A stretch of 64,000 bases of DNA from Thermoplasmatota archaeon. GTDB taxonomy: Archaea > Thermoplasmatota > E2 > DHVEG-1. Every line of letters begins with the position of its first letter. The stretch's first letter is position 1. Position numbers and translations under genes: made by a program. The DNA lies in the NCBI GenBank assembly GCA_030619765.1, contig JAUXAU010000005.1, positions 795-64,794 of the forward strand, read 5' to 3'. This document shows positions 18,175-27,447 of this stretch, in pieces. The notes under the pieces were generated by a model, which saw only the letters and a program-made list of their open reading frames with translations, was not told the origin of the DNA and searched no databases.

Positions 18175-18420
18175 AGGGAGAATCACCGTATAAATGTATG
18201 GTATTAAGGAGAGTTTTTTACTTGTTTGGTAACCCATCACTCTATCCTCTTTGTTTTAGAAAAAACCAAAAGAAAAACCCTGCTTGGCATGACTTATTAT
18301 ATAATAAAGACACTAATCATTATATCCTTATGACTGGAGTAAACGACCTTTAAAATCCAGATAAATCAAAACAAGGGGTAAAAACCTCTGTTTCACTTAT
18401 AAATTCTCCTAGAACAGAAT

Positions 18421-18480
18421 ATGGGCCCGCCGAACCGTGAACAGACTAACAGGAGAAAAACCAGGTAAAACATTACAGGT
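18421..18480 (+). repeat. att-like direct repeat R1 containing 12 bp of the tRNA-Pro 3' end
   Basis: 54/60 identical to 22645-22704; contains TGGGCCCGCCGA as in both att sites. Confidence 0.8.
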
Positions 18481-18583
18481 GTTTGATGGTTTTGATTTAG
18501 CAGATTTCGGTTCCGAAGATTTATATATAAAACTTCACTTATTTTATTTAAGATTGAAGTGCTTATCGAGAAGAAGGCATAAG

Positions 18584-21500
18584 ATGAAAAAAGAACTAAT
18601 TGGATTTTTAATCTGTATATTGTTGGTTTCAACAGTTGTTTCACCTGTGGCTGGAACCGTAACTATTTGTAAAAAAACTTTAGCAGAAGAACAAGCTGTT
18701 TTTAACAAATTGTCAAAAAATATGTTGAATGTCCCTGTAAAAATGGTTGATGAAGAAATAGAAAAGTATGAGACTTATGAAAACTCTGGCTCATTTTGGT
18801 TAGATAGAGCATACCACTTGAAGAACCCTTTTCCTGCAACGAACAGGAATGGCAATGATGATGCAGGATATAAGAAGGATGCAGGGGATGAAATTAGTGA
18901 ATCTCTTGCCATATATCCTGGTGAGATGATTGATGATTGGCCGGGTAGAGGAAGAACTGGTAAATTAAACTCCACCGATGAAGATTGGTATTTATTCTCA
19001 GTTTGTGCTGGTCAAGATATCATTATTACTATGACTCCTCCAACAGGTCACAACTATGATATCGGTCTTTGGGACAAAAACGAAAATGAGAAAGCAACTT
19101 CTACAAACTCTGGTAGTGCAACTGAATCAATAACATTCACTGCAGATTATACTGGTAAATGGTACATGAGAGTTCATTATATTAGCGGTACAGGTGAAGG
19201 ACAATACTCTTTTGATGTAACCTTATCTGGACAAAACGATGCAAATACAGGCAATGATGCCGGTGATAATTTTGCCTCTGCAACCTCAATTACAACTGGA
19301 TCATACGAAGGATATCTTGATATGAATGATGAAGAAGATTGGTATAAATTTAATATAAATGAAGGGCAAAACATTCATTTCATATTACTTATGAAAAACT
19401 ACGCTTTGCTATCTGATTTTGATATCTATCTTTATAACCCTAATAGCTCAATGATACACGCTAAAAATTATTATTATGATGATGAACTTTTTTATCCTAT
19501 AGATGAGTCAGGTTACTGGCGGGTAAGAATTAAGATATTTCCAGGTTACACAGACATTCCCGATCCAACAGAATGGGATTATTACACCTATGGTTCTGGT
19601 GCATACAAATTGCAGTTTAATCTGGAATCAACCGTTCCAGACCCACCTAGCCCAATTCCACAGCCACAGATAACACCTATCGCGCAAACCTTCAAGATAG
19701 CAAATGACCCAGATAGTAATAAGGATGAATATGGATATCTAGCGTCAATTCCAGCCTGTAACTATTTAGATGGTGGAGACAGATATCTTGCACCAATTGT
19801 TTATACTGGCGATACGACACTAACAAATTGGTTTGGAACTGTTGATGATACCACTAATTATCTACTAGATGATTGGAACACATATCTTAGTGATCACGGT
19901 AAAACCGCGGTACAATATACTATTCCCTCTGATCCATTACAAGCCGCAGCTGAAATAGCAACACAAAATTGGGCTTCATCAGATTTGGCTGTTGTTGCCG
20001 TTGACGGAAGTGATTACGAGGATACCACTTCACAGGTTCTTCATGAAACAAAAACATTAACACGTAATGCTGAAGTTAAAACCATACCGAACGATAGTAA
20101 TAAAATAAAAAAAATGGGTAGTTCCTATATCTATCCTATGACATTGACGTCAGAATGGGGTGCTATTAATGTATCAATCTACGGACCTAGTATTCCAGGC
20201 GGAGGTATGATTCATATTTACCCATCGTTAATTCAACTCTATCCCAAGTTTATGAGTCTCACAAGCGACTGGTGGCCCGCCTCTGCGGATATACCGAGAT
20301 ATGATATTTATTATCCAGTTACAACACCTGGTATATGGGCAGCTGGAGTAAAAGCTCCTCTAGGGGATTGGGACTTTATAATTACTAAATATGAATGTGA
20401 CAGATATAACATAAAAGTCAATGACGATGACGCTACATTAAAAGCAACAGTAACAACCTCAACACCATCAGATCTTTTAGTGTTCCTAGTTGATCCACAA
20501 GGACATATTAGAGCACCAGATATCCCTGATTGGAATGGAGGACCCATCCTACCAATTCATGAATGGCATGGTTTTGATGATGGTGATCCTTCTACCCCAT
20601 GTGATCCTTGGAGGGATTGGAATCCAGAGCCGCATACTGAGTTTACTGCTGAAGTGCTTCATCCTGAAAAAGGAACATGGACGGCAATTGTTGTACCAAG
20701 GAATGCACAAGGGTCATCCAGCGTTCAATATACAATTAGTGCAGAAATAAGGAAGTTAAATCAGAAGCGTGTAAATGCAGCATTATCTGCTGCGAATGCT
20801 GCAGTAATTGCCTCACAAGAACATGTTCCGCTGTTATATGTCAAAGAAAATAGTGTGCCTGCAGAGACACAAAATGCTTTTGCTACACTTGGTATTAGTA
20901 AAGTCATATTTGTTGAAAATAATGAAATAGGAAACAATGTTCGGAATGACCTGCCGACTTTAGAGGCAGATTTAAAATCTATGCAAGAAATTATAGATTA
21001 TATCAAAGACTATCCATCCTCTGAAAACTATATCACAATTACCTCACTGAAAACGGGAGATGGTTATTTTGCACCGTCTGCTATGATTGCCGCATATCAT
21101 GGTTCACCTGTTCTTCGTTTAGAAGAGGCAAAAAGTGCTGCTTCATCAGTGCCTGTAAATTATAATGTAATTGTAGGTCAGGTGAACAAAAATGTTTACG
21201 ACGTTATGGGCACCCCAACTGGAAAGATGCTCTGGAACAACCCAACAAACATTGAAGAATCTGAAGACACTAGCGATAGCCTTTTCCTAAATCTAGATGA
21301 AGAACCCATACCATTGTTTGGATCAGCAGAATCACCTAATCCTGCAGGTATGGCAAATCGAATAGATACCTGGAGACTTTGGGATGGAGACTACTATCAT
21401 GGAAATCGTGCTCCTGGTCATCTACCAATGTATAAGGAACCTGTTCCCGAATTTAGCAATTTTAAATTATTAATTGAGCTTATCAAGTACTTATTCTCTG

Positions 21501-22573
21501 GTAATAACAGTGATCTCCCACCACTCGGAATGGATGCAAAACGATATTGGAATGAAGAGATGCACAAAGGCATTCACAAATGGATTAATGATTATGGGCT
21601 TAACATAGATGGAAAAGAAGCATTTGTCTTTGTAGCACCGCGTAAGGATATTCGATTAGAGACTCATTCGGTGGTGATGGGTAACAATTCTTATTCTGGG
21701 CATATCCCTGGGGAGACACCAGCATATACATCAGATATAATTGTAAGAAATATTTTATATCCAGCGTTAATCTATGCAAATCCTAACAGGGATGTAACTA
21801 GCACTCAATTTATGAACTATCCTGATGGAGAAACCTGGAAGACAAACGACGGCGTTACCCATCAAGTAAAGTCAAGCCAAGTTCTCAAAAATGTGTTTAT
21901 GTCTCATGGAAGAACTTACGATGGTCATTGTCTGTGGGATGCTCATCTTGAACGTCTGAATGAAGGCGCCAGCGTCATGTACTATTCTGGTCATGGAACA
22001 GGCGGAAGTGGTATTTCTGCTCAGTATCTCCAAACAAATCATTCTAATTATCCGGATCAGATCTGGCCTGATGCTTGGCGAGGCTACATGTATGACAACT
22101 GGAAAACAGCTCGTAATAATGGTATGCGATGGTATAACCCAGAAGCACCAAATCTATATGACTTCATTCACTTCAAATGGATAGATCAGCTGTTAGATAA
22201 TCTCAAAAGTAACGCTGTTTTCTATATGTCTTGTTCAACTGGGCAACATTTTGGACCGCTTGTATATCTAGATCACGGAGCGGTAATGTGGTATGGTAAT
22301 GCCGGCTCTGGACTATGCCCTGAGGCAGATCTTATGGATGACTGGTTCTTCGAAGACGCAATGATGCATGGAGAGCCTGTGGGTCTAGCTTATTCAAAAT
22401 ATGTATGGCTTCACTACCGTGATTTTACAACAGGTGATCCAACATCAATGTATGGTCCATCATCAATGAAGGGTGTTACTACTATTAACTGTATATATGG
22501 AGATCCTAACCTAATTCTCTACAGTCCAGATTGGACTGCACCGGTACCAGTAGATTCTGTCTTAGATGATTAG
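18584..22573 (+). CDS. Large secreted protein with pre-peptidase (PPC-like) repeats and a C-terminal C25 (gingipain-like) cysteine peptidase domain
   Basis: Signal peptide MKKELIGFLICILLVS; repeated DEDWY..F / DxDIYLY modules; YSGHG, YMSCS and IYGDP motifs. Confidence 0.8.
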   Translation: MKKELIGFLICILLVSTVVSPVAGTVTICKKTLAEEQAVFNKLSKNMLNVPVKMVDEEIEKYETYENSGSFWLDRAYHLKNPFPATNRNGNDDAGYKKDAGDEISESLAIYPGEMIDDWPGRGRTGKLNSTDEDWYLFSVCAGQDIIITMTPPTGHNYDIGLWDKNENEKATSTNSGSATESITFTADYTGKWYMRVHYISGTGEGQYSFDVTLSGQNDANTGNDAGDNFASATSITTGSYEGYLDMNDEEDWYKFNINEGQNIHFILLMKNYALLSDFDIYLYNPNSSMIHAKNYYYDDELFYPIDESGYWRVRIKIFPGYTDIPDPTEWDYYTYGSGAYKLQFNLESTVPDPPSPIPQPQITPIAQTFKIANDPDSNKDEYGYLASIPACNYLDGGDRYLAPIVYTGDTTLTNWFGTVDDTTNYLLDDWNTYLSDHGKTAVQYTIPSDPLQAAAEIATQNWASSDLAVVAVDGSDYEDTTSQVLHETKTLTRNAEVKTIPNDSNKIKKMGSSYIYPMTLTSEWGAINVSIYGPSIPGGGMIHIYPSLIQLYPKFMSLTSDWWPASADIPRYDIYYPVTTPGIWAAGVKAPLGDWDFIITKYECDRYNIKVNDDDATLKATVTTSTPSDLLVFLVDPQGHIRAPDIPDWNGGPILPIHEWHGFDDGDPSTPCDPWRDWNPEPHTEFTAEVLHPEKGTWTAIVVPRNAQGSSSVQYTISAEIRKLNQKRVNAALSAANAAVIASQEHVPLLYVKENSVPAETQNAFATLGISKVIFVENNEIGNNVRNDLPTLEADLKSMQEIIDYIKDYPSSENYITITSLKTGDGYFAPSAMIAAYHGSPVLRLEEAKSAASSVPVNYNVIVGQVNKNVYDVMGTPTGKMLWNNPTNIEESEDTSDSLFLNLDEEPIPLFGSAESPNPAGMANRIDTWRLWDGDYYHGNRAPGHLPMYKEPVPEFSNFKLLIELIKYLFSGNNSDLPPLGMDAKRYWNEEMHKGIHKWINDYGLNIDGKEAFVFVAPRKDIRLETHSVVMGNNSYSGHIPGETPAYTSDIIVRNILYPALIYANPNRDVTSTQFMNYPDGETWKTNDGVTHQVKSSQVLKNVFMSHGRTYDGHCLWDAHLERLNEGASVMYYSGHGTGGSGISAQYLQTNHSNYPDQIWPDAWRGYMYDNWKTARNNGMRWYNPEAPNLYDFIHFKWIDQLLDNLKSNAVFYMSCSTGQHFGPLVYLDHGAVMWYGNAGSGLCPEADLMDDWFFEDAMMHGEPVGLAYSKYVWLHYRDFTTGDPTSMYGPSSMKGVTTINCIYGDPNLILYSPDWTAPVPVDSVLDD

Positions 22574-22644
22574 ATATTTAGAGCGATACCTAGCTAAAAT
22601 CAGGAGACTATGATTACAGACAGTCTTTTTCTCCTGGAGAGTTC

Positions 22645-22704
22645 ATGGGCCCGCCGAACCGCAAACAATCTAACAGGAGAAAAACCAGGTAAAACAATAT
22701 AGGT
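22645..22704 (+). repeat. att-like direct repeat R2
   Basis: Copy of R1; overlaps an 11-bp stem TTTTTCTCCTG/CAGGAGAAAAA. Confidence 0.8.
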
Positions 22705-22714
22705 TTTTACGGTT

Positions 22715-23080
22715 TTAATTTTTATCTATCTTTTTCTTAAGATTTATTCCTGCTATTGATGATACAAATTCAATTGATGCATCAAAGATATCCTGATCTT
22801 TCAAATAATCCTCTGATTTGTTCCTATTTATCTGGATCCATTCTCTCATTTTTCTGCCCATGGGTTGAAAATGCACAATCTCTTTCCTTTTTAGTAGTTC
22901 ACTTGCTAATGATTCGGGAACTTTCACACAGACACCCTCCATATAAAGAGAAGCGAAAAGCTTACCTCCGACATAATAAGCAGGATGGCCGTACATCTTT
23001 CCTGGTTTAACGATTGGAATGTTTAGTAAAAACGAATCAAGAACTTCTTTATGTTTTGGATTAAATTGTACTTTTGCCAT
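22715..23080 (-). CDS. TfoX N-terminal/YjbR-like protein
   Basis: GKMYGHPAYYVGGKLFASL...FQPMGRKMREWI. Confidence 0.75.
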   Translation of the reverse strand: MAKVQFNPKHKEVLDSFLLNIPIVKPGKMYGHPAYYVGGKLFASLYMEGVCVKVPESLASELLKRKEIVHFQPMGRKMREWIQINRNKSEDYLKDQDIFDASIEFVSSIAGINLKKKIDKN

Positions 23081-23099
23081 TTTTATTATCCTCCTTCTA

Positions 23100-23621
23100 T
23101 TATGGTTTTTTTGCTGCGCTTCCAGGGCAGATAAACTGCATTTTACATTTTTCACAATCTATCTTATGCAGTATGCCATTAATAGCTACTAATGCAATGA
23201 AAGGAACAAGGTAAACTAATTCATCAATTAGAGATACTTCGTTTATAGCTATCATGGCAATCATTACGATTATTGGTAGACCCATAAGTATCCCCCATGT
23301 TAATCCTGCAAGTTTTCCTCCAAGTTTTTGATCTCCAGTGTTTTTCTTAAATATAGCAGATGAAAGTTTTCCCCAACCGCAATGACACCATTTATCATAA
23401 TAATAACAATTTGTACAGAGATGTTTTCTCAGCATAAAAAATAACATAATCACAGCAAATAAAACATATAGTATTGAAACAAGAGGGAGGCTAATGATCT
23501 TGAGTGGGTACATGCCCAGAAATCCCAATATTATCATTCCAAAAATAAGAACATTCTCACATATAACGTAGCCTCTACTACATTCCTCTACGCCATCTTC
23601 ATACAATTTTTCTTTATTCAT
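23100..23621 (-). CDS. Membrane protein with Cys clusters
   Basis: Four hydrophobic segments; CTNCYYY..WCHCGWG and CEKC...CP. Confidence 0.75.
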   Translation of the reverse strand: MNKEKLYEDGVEECSRGYVICENVLIFGMIILGFLGMYPLKIISLPLVSILYVLFAVIMLFFMLRKHLCTNCYYYDKWCHCGWGKLSSAIFKKNTGDQKLGGKLAGLTWGILMGLPIIVMIAMIAINEVSLIDELVYLVPFIALVAINGILHKIDCEKCKMQFICPGSAAKKP

Positions 23622-23692
23622 AATTTTTATTCCTCCAATCCTGGGAGATATGTAAGTGGTTTTTAAAAATCTAACGTAATTTTTTTTGAATA

Positions 23693-23738
23693 AGTGGGCC
23701 CGCCGAGATTTGAACTCGGGTTACCAGCACCCCAAGCT
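23693..23738 (+). repeat. att site (duplicated 3' half of tRNA-Pro)
   Basis: AGTGGGCCCGCCGAGATTTGAACTCGGGTTACCAGCACCCCAAGCT, identical to 36823-36868. Confidence 0.97.
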
Positions 23739-24591
23739 AGATTATAAGGAGAAAATAATCGCTTCTCAGCAAGATTTGGACAGATATATTACACTTAGAG
23801 AAATAAGTGGTGTATGCAATCGTTGGTTGTACGAACTTAAGTTAATACTCAATGGATATCTATCATACACAAATAAAACAATATCTGAAGATAAAACCCT
23901 AGAATATATCATGGTATTGAAAGATAAGTATTCACCATCTACCTATAGGAAACACGTATACCAAATACGTAAGTTCTTAACACAGCTAAAGATGGAATGG
24001 GCTAATAACATTATACCACCACCAGAACCGAATTACATACCAAAAAGACTTACAAAGGATGATATAATTAATTCACTAGCCTACTTTAAGGAGCACACAT
24101 TCTATAAACAGATAAAAACTATCATATTGCTCGGCTCTACTACAGGTATGAGAGCTGAGGAATTATATCAATTGCAACCAGATGATATTGATTTAGAAAA
24201 TAGAATTGTATACGTTAATCACAATCCAGATAATGGACAAAGCACAAAGACAGGACGGAATAGAATTGCAATATTCAACTTTGAGACAGAAGAGGCATTG
24301 CAAGGATATCTATCTTATTTCAATAATAATAGTGCTCTAAAGTGCCTATTTAATAAGTATCATCTAGAAAGAATATTTCATAATGCACCTATCAAAGTGA
24401 AAGATTTACGTAAGTTCTTCAGCCAGGAGTGGGACAGACGTGGAGGACCAACATCCATTAAGAAAATCCTTATGGGGCACTCATTGAAAGGTGATGTTGA
24501 TTTGATGCATTATAACGCTCAATCAGAAGATGATTTGAAAAAGATATATGATAAGGTGATGGCCGAGGGAGCAGGGCTGAGGGAAGGGTAG
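23695..24591 (+). CDS. int: Tyrosine integrase C-terminal fragment, int(C), SSV1-type split integrase
   Basis: TGMRAEE, TKTG, KDLRK, LMGHS and MHY catalytic motifs; reading frame begins inside the att site (WARRDLNSGYQHPKL). Confidence 0.92.
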   Translation, partial: WARRDLNSGYQHPKLDYKEKIIASQQDLDRYITLREISGVCNRWLYELKLILNGYLSYTNKTISEDKTLEYIMVLKDKYSPSTYRKHVYQIRKFLTQLKMEWANNIIPPPEPNYIPKRLTKDDIINSLAYFKEHTFYKQIKTIILLGSTTGMRAEELYQLQPDDIDLENRIVYVNHNPDNGQSTKTGRNRIAIFNFETEEALQGYLSYFNNNSALKCLFNKYHLERIFHNAPIKVKDLRKFFSQEWDRRGGPTSIKKILMGHSLKGDVDLMHYNAQSEDDLKKIYDKVMAEGAGLREG

Positions 24592-24873
24592 TATAGAGAG
24601 GAAGAGAGGAGTGGAAGGGGATGTGGTAAGGGTAAATAGTGTAACCTGTTGATACCTTACCTTGTTAAAATTAATGGATATAAGTCTAATCGGTTTTAAT
24701 CATTGAATTATTGCTCTAATCTGAGTATTTTATCGTTAAAGTAGAGTCCCCTTTTCATCATTTCTCCAACTCTGCCCCCTTTCTCAATCAAATATTATAA
24801 TTTAATAGTCTAATAAAAAGAAAACATTTTGCAACGAGCTTTCCATTACGTATATAAGTGAGGTTAAATAAAA

Positions 24874-25356
24874 ATGACCGAACTCATAAAATCAAAATAT
24901 ATAAACAAGAAGGCTGGAGAAGACGAAATCAAAGTTAGATTGAAGGAAGAGATAACGGAAATGTATGAAGGATTCCGATACATGGTCGGGAAGATTGGGA
25001 TTGTAGATGTTGAAATGGCAGAGCACGTTCCAAAAGAGGATAAGCCTTTCTACAACCCTTATAAATATGGTTGGGATGCAACAGAAGGAGTATGGGTAAA
25101 ATTCGATGAAGGATTGTATCTGATACCATGTAAATATTTGGATGTGTTAGTCCAGACATCTGTAGAATATGAACTTGTTTTGATGATATCGACTTTTGGT
25201 GCTAATGGCCAAATAAGTAGAAATGATGTGAAGTTAAAAGATTCGGCAAGGACTCGAACCTATGCTTCATTATCAACCTTCGAAATTGGAACGTTATTAT
25301 TCTTTGAGTTAAATAATTATTTATTTGATGGTGAGGGGTGTCGTACACATGAATAA
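24874..25356 (+). CDS. Hypothetical protein
   Basis: 160-aa ORF, GAGG RBS, upstream of the ATPase. Confidence 0.65.
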   Translation: MTELIKSKYINKKAGEDEIKVRLKEEITEMYEGFRYMVGKIGIVDVEMAEHVPKEDKPFYNPYKYGWDATEGVWVKFDEGLYLIPCKYLDVLVQTSVEYELVLMISTFGANGQISRNDVKLKDSARTRTYASLSTFEIGTLLFFELNNYLFDGEGCRTHE

Positions 25357-26782
25357 AACTATAGATGTTATAGATAGAGAATATCCTAAGGAAGTTGGGG
25401 ATGCATTACGAAAAGCATGGATGATAGTTGTTATAGGTAAGATGGGCTCTGGTAAAACCACAGAAGTAACCCGTATTGCAAAGTTTCTGGATAAAGAGGT
25501 TTTGATTATTTCACCAAATCGCCCTGAAGAAGACCTCAAATTATTTGGTTCAAATAAGCTACCCGTACTTGAAAAAGGCAAAAGAGTTAAATCGAGTGTT
25601 GAGAAATTAACCAAGAAAGAAGGAAGAGAGATGACAGTAATATTCGATGATGCACAAGCTCTAACGAAGAGACAACAGGAGTATATGACATCTAAAGGAT
25701 TGCATACTGATTTACGACATAGAAATCTAACACTGATTTTTATATATCACGATTCAAGGTATATTCCTGCACGTGTGTTATACGGTGGAGATTCATTTCT
25801 AATAATCAAGAAAGGAGTATATTTCACTGAACATAAGTTAAGTCAGTATCTTACTGTTAAGAAGATTAGTAGTGTTATTTTGGATTACTGTAACTCTTTT
25901 GGGGAACATGATAGTTTATATCTATTCAAGGATGGGTTTTATTATTATGTTAACGGTAGTGAAATGTTAGGTGAGTTTAGAGCGAGAACTCGAGGATATA
26001 AATTCGATAGGAAATTTGCATATGAATTATTTTACCAAGGTTTTACAATACAAGAAGTGGCAGAAAAGATTGGTTGTGGGGCGGGTACAGCTCGACAAAT
26101 GGCTAAAGAATTGCAGGAGGAAGACAAATCGTTTACCCTTGCACATAGTATGGAAAAGAAACCTGTAAGTGATTTGGGGTTTGGAATTCGGGATAAAAGT
26201 TATCTTATCACTAAACGAATCAAAGAACCATTAAACACAGGAGAAGCTACTGGTGAAAAGATACAAAGAATAGAAAAGATGAAGTGTTCAGAGGATAAAG
26301 GAAATTTGGCTACAAGAGTTATCGGTGATATTCTTGAAGATATTCTGAAAAGGGCTTGGCCAAAATCTGAGAGTAATATAATTCTTATAATTAATGAAGG
26401 GAGAGGGGGTGGTGATATCATATTAGAATTTGATTCTAATCTTGTAGAAGTGGAAATTAAGAATTGGAATTCAAATTCAACCCATAGAAATTTAACTCCG
26501 AGTGATATTAAAAATAAAGTTATACCAAGATTCTCAGATAAAACTTCAATTAGATGGTTATTTGCCTGTGGCGTGAAATGTAATAAAGATGCAAGAATGT
26601 TACTTAGAGAAAATAATGTTCAAATTCTAAACTTAACACGTGAACAGATTACAAATCCAGATTCTGACCAGAGATATAGGTTAAGGAGACGTCTCTGGAA
26701 CTGGTGTAAAAATCTCCCATCTATAGATATTCAAGAATTTGAGCATAGATTAACTCTGGTTCCACCATGGGTGTGGACGTAG
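25349..26782 (+). CDS. P-loop ATPase fused to HTH and PD-(D/E)XK nuclease domains
   Basis: Walker A GKMGSGKTT, Walker B VIFDD, RH + hhhhH (A32/FtsK-like); HTH TIQEVAEKIGCGAGTA; GGDIIL...EVEIKNW. Confidence 0.8.
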   Translation: MNKTIDVIDREYPKEVGDALRKAWMIVVIGKMGSGKTTEVTRIAKFLDKEVLIISPNRPEEDLKLFGSNKLPVLEKGKRVKSSVEKLTKKEGREMTVIFDDAQALTKRQQEYMTSKGLHTDLRHRNLTLIFIYHDSRYIPARVLYGGDSFLIIKKGVYFTEHKLSQYLTVKKISSVILDYCNSFGEHDSLYLFKDGFYYYVNGSEMLGEFRARTRGYKFDRKFAYELFYQGFTIQEVAEKIGCGAGTARQMAKELQEEDKSFTLAHSMEKKPVSDLGFGIRDKSYLITKRIKEPLNTGEATGEKIQRIEKMKCSEDKGNLATRVIGDILEDILKRAWPKSESNIILIINEGRGGGDIILEFDSNLVEVEIKNWNSNSTHRNLTPSDIKNKVIPRFSDKTSIRWLFACGVKCNKDARMLLRENNVQILNLTREQITNPDSDQRYRLRRRLWNWCKNLPSIDIQEFEHRLTLVPPWVWT

Positions 26783-26824
26783 TAGTTTTTGTGTATCCTC
26801 AAACAAATATTTACTATCTATTTT

Positions 26825-26840
26825 GGTTTTTAGCCCAGAA
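26825..26840. repeat. 16-bp motif GGTTTTTAGCCCAGAA, copy 1 (others at 31045-31060 and 31725-31740)
   Basis: Three exact copies, each 10-44 nt past the stop of an MNKKILIGS-family paralog. Confidence 0.85.
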
Positions 26841-26884
26841 TTTTAATGCATAATAAAGGGATTGTCATAATTTGAACATCATTA

Positions 26885-27424
26885 TTAACACCAGTTTGGT
26901 ACAATAGTTAATCTATCAAAGAGTATAAGTATAAAAGCAAGTATTGCCCAAGGAATTGCTGCTAAAATTAAACATATAAGATATTTGGTAATACTAGTAA
27001 ACCTCTCATTGTTATTGTCATAATCTACACTAATTCTTTCTGGGTGACTCCTTAATTGATGAAAAGTATTTATCACTTCATTACGTTCTTCCTTCTGTTG
27101 AAATTTACTAGCAACTAAATTCATTAACTTGTTAAATGTTATATCATCCATTGCACATATCATATCTACCACTTTTTGTTTTATAGCAGTCTTATCATCC
27201 CGCTTTGGAATTGATAAAACGCTTTCTTCTCCCTTTCCAACATATTCACAAGCAATATCCTTGCTCTGTTTATCTATCGCCCTCTTACTTCTAACACTAA
27301 ATAATGGTGATGCTCTGGCAATGGTAGATGATTTAGTAGTTTGATAACCAACTACACCTGTAAACGACACCAGAACAAGTATTACAACTGCGATGATACT
27401 ACCAATGAGTATTTTCTTGTTCAT
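26885..27424 (-). CDS. Secreted/membrane protein, MNKKILIGS family paralog 1
   Basis: Signal peptide, conserved SPLFSVRS.RAID..YVGKG block, C-terminal TM segment. Confidence 0.8.
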   Translation of the reverse strand: MNKKILIGSIIAVVILVLVSFTGVVGYQTTKSSTIARASPLFSVRSKRAIDKQSKDIACEYVGKGEESVLSIPKRDDKTAIKQKVVDMICAMDDITFNKLMNLVASKFQQKEERNEVINTFHQLRSHPERISVDYDNNNERFTSITKYLICLILAAIPWAILAFILILFDRLTIVPNWC

Positions 27425-27447
27425 TCTCTATCATACCTCATAAGTAT

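Larger units (their letters stand above)
1500..18250. mobile_element. Virus/plasmid-like genomic island carrying a TIGR-Tas system (boundaries approximate)
   Basis: Dense run of short hypothetical, Zn-finger, RHH and AbrB genes, DUF4326, an extra topoisomerase IA and three TIGR arrays. No integrase, capsid gene or att pair seen. Confidence 0.7.

Noticed and set aside
18437-18583. N-terminal extension of the 1378-aa ORF
   Set aside because: It runs through repeat R1 and the promoter region; the signal peptide starts at ATG 18584.
23693-23738. Second tRNA-Pro gene
   Set aside because: Only the 3' 46 bp are present, without the D arm or 5' acceptor strand. It is the att duplication.
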